Shown: positions 63,172-64,000 of the stretch, in pieces
Position numbering within the stretch: position 1 is the first letter of the stretch
Layout of the letters: the number at the start of each line of letters is the position of its first letter
Source: Paragordius varius
Lineage: Eukaryota > Animalia > Nematomorpha
Reading direction: 5' to 3'
NCBI GenBank assembly: GCA_964247055.1
Contig: OZ176051.1
Location: forward strand, 14,632,001-14,696,000
Length of the DNA: 64,000 nucleotides
Program-made: the position numbers and the translations under genes
Notes under the pieces: model-generated
Databases searched by the model: none
Told to the model about the DNA's origin: nothing
What the model saw: only the letters and a program-made list of their open reading frames with translations

Positions 63172-64000
63172 ATCTATATATTAATAAAAATAAAATTGGC
63201 TTTGTGATCTGGTACCGAAAAACTGGCAGACCCATTCAAATCCAAACATCGAAAAAATATAATCATTAATGAATGCCCCGACAATAGCTTCGGCCCTTTT
63301 TTTAAAATAGGCCCCCAGTTCGGGCCCACCCCGTGTGAAAAACGAGTTTTTTTGAAAACAGAAGTCCACAAAAATCGTGTCTTTGAGGCAATTTTCTAGA
63401 GAACGTAGTGGATCATTCAATTTCAAATATGATTTTTGTTTACTTATTTTCGATTGCGCCGAACATAGTCGTCTCGCTTTTTTAATTTATGCCCTCTGTT
63501 TACCCGCTTCCCCCGTAAAATACCATTTTCTTCAAAAACAAAGTCCATAAAAATAATTTTTTAAATTTATTTTTCGCCCTAGGTATGAGACCGTAAAAAT
63601 TATATATGAATTCCACGTATTCCCTGATAAAAGTCAAAAATTTTAGTCAAACATTTCCACCCGCTAAAAAATGATTCATCATGTGGATTTGTGTTCTGTT
63701 TCCGGAAAACCGGTAGACCCATTCAAATCCAAATATCGAAAAAATATAATCATTAATTAATGCCCGACAATAGCTTTGCCCTTTTTGTGAAATAGGCCCC
63801 CATTTCGGGCCTACCCCGTGTAAAAAACAGGTTGAGACAATTTTCCGGAGAACGTGTTGGACCATTCAATTTTAAATATAATTTTATTTTACTTATTTTC
63901 GATTGCGCCGTACATAGTCGTCTTGTTTTTTTAATTTAAGCCCTCTTTTTACCCGCTCCACCCGTAAAATTTATGAAAATCAAAATCCACAAAAATAATT
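63172..64000 (-). mobile_element. Two tandem reverse-orientation family A (Lep1-like) 3' segments
   Basis: Reverse complements of the 40700-41149 sequence, with 3' ends at ~63172 and ~63690. Confidence 0.75.

Overview
Very AT-rich eukaryotic, probably animal, nuclear DNA with short spliceosomal introns (many about 35-60 nt) and a heavy, nested transposon load. There are no prokaryotic features: no operons, rRNA or CRISPR. Mobile DNA: a 5'-truncated RTE LINE with an intact RT ORF and 9-bp TSD; an older decayed LINE; several hAT elements with TIRs and 8-bp TSDs; Tc1/mariner elements and MITEs; TTAA-specific MITEs; a Helitron helicase relic; a Lep1/DINE-like dispersed family carrying an internal ~165/330-bp satellite; an inverted Penelope GIY-YIG pair; and a tRNA-derived SINE. 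Host content was reconstructed by hand from splice signals. (1) A highly divergent neprilysin/M13-like gene spread over about 31.4-49.1 kb. Its N-domain exons are nearly intact, but its catalytic exons lack the zinc ligands and carry stops. Relics of further paralogs lie at about 3.2-6.2 kb and 53-57 kb. (2) A minus-strand gene at about 0.7-2.9 kb built from symmetric phase-1 micro-exons. (3) A second small micro-exon gene at 58.8-59.3 kb. A ~1.6-kb tandem array (15.6-24.3 kb) shares a hammerhead-like pLTR motif with the Penelope element. All family assignments are by-eye motif recognition; no database search was run.
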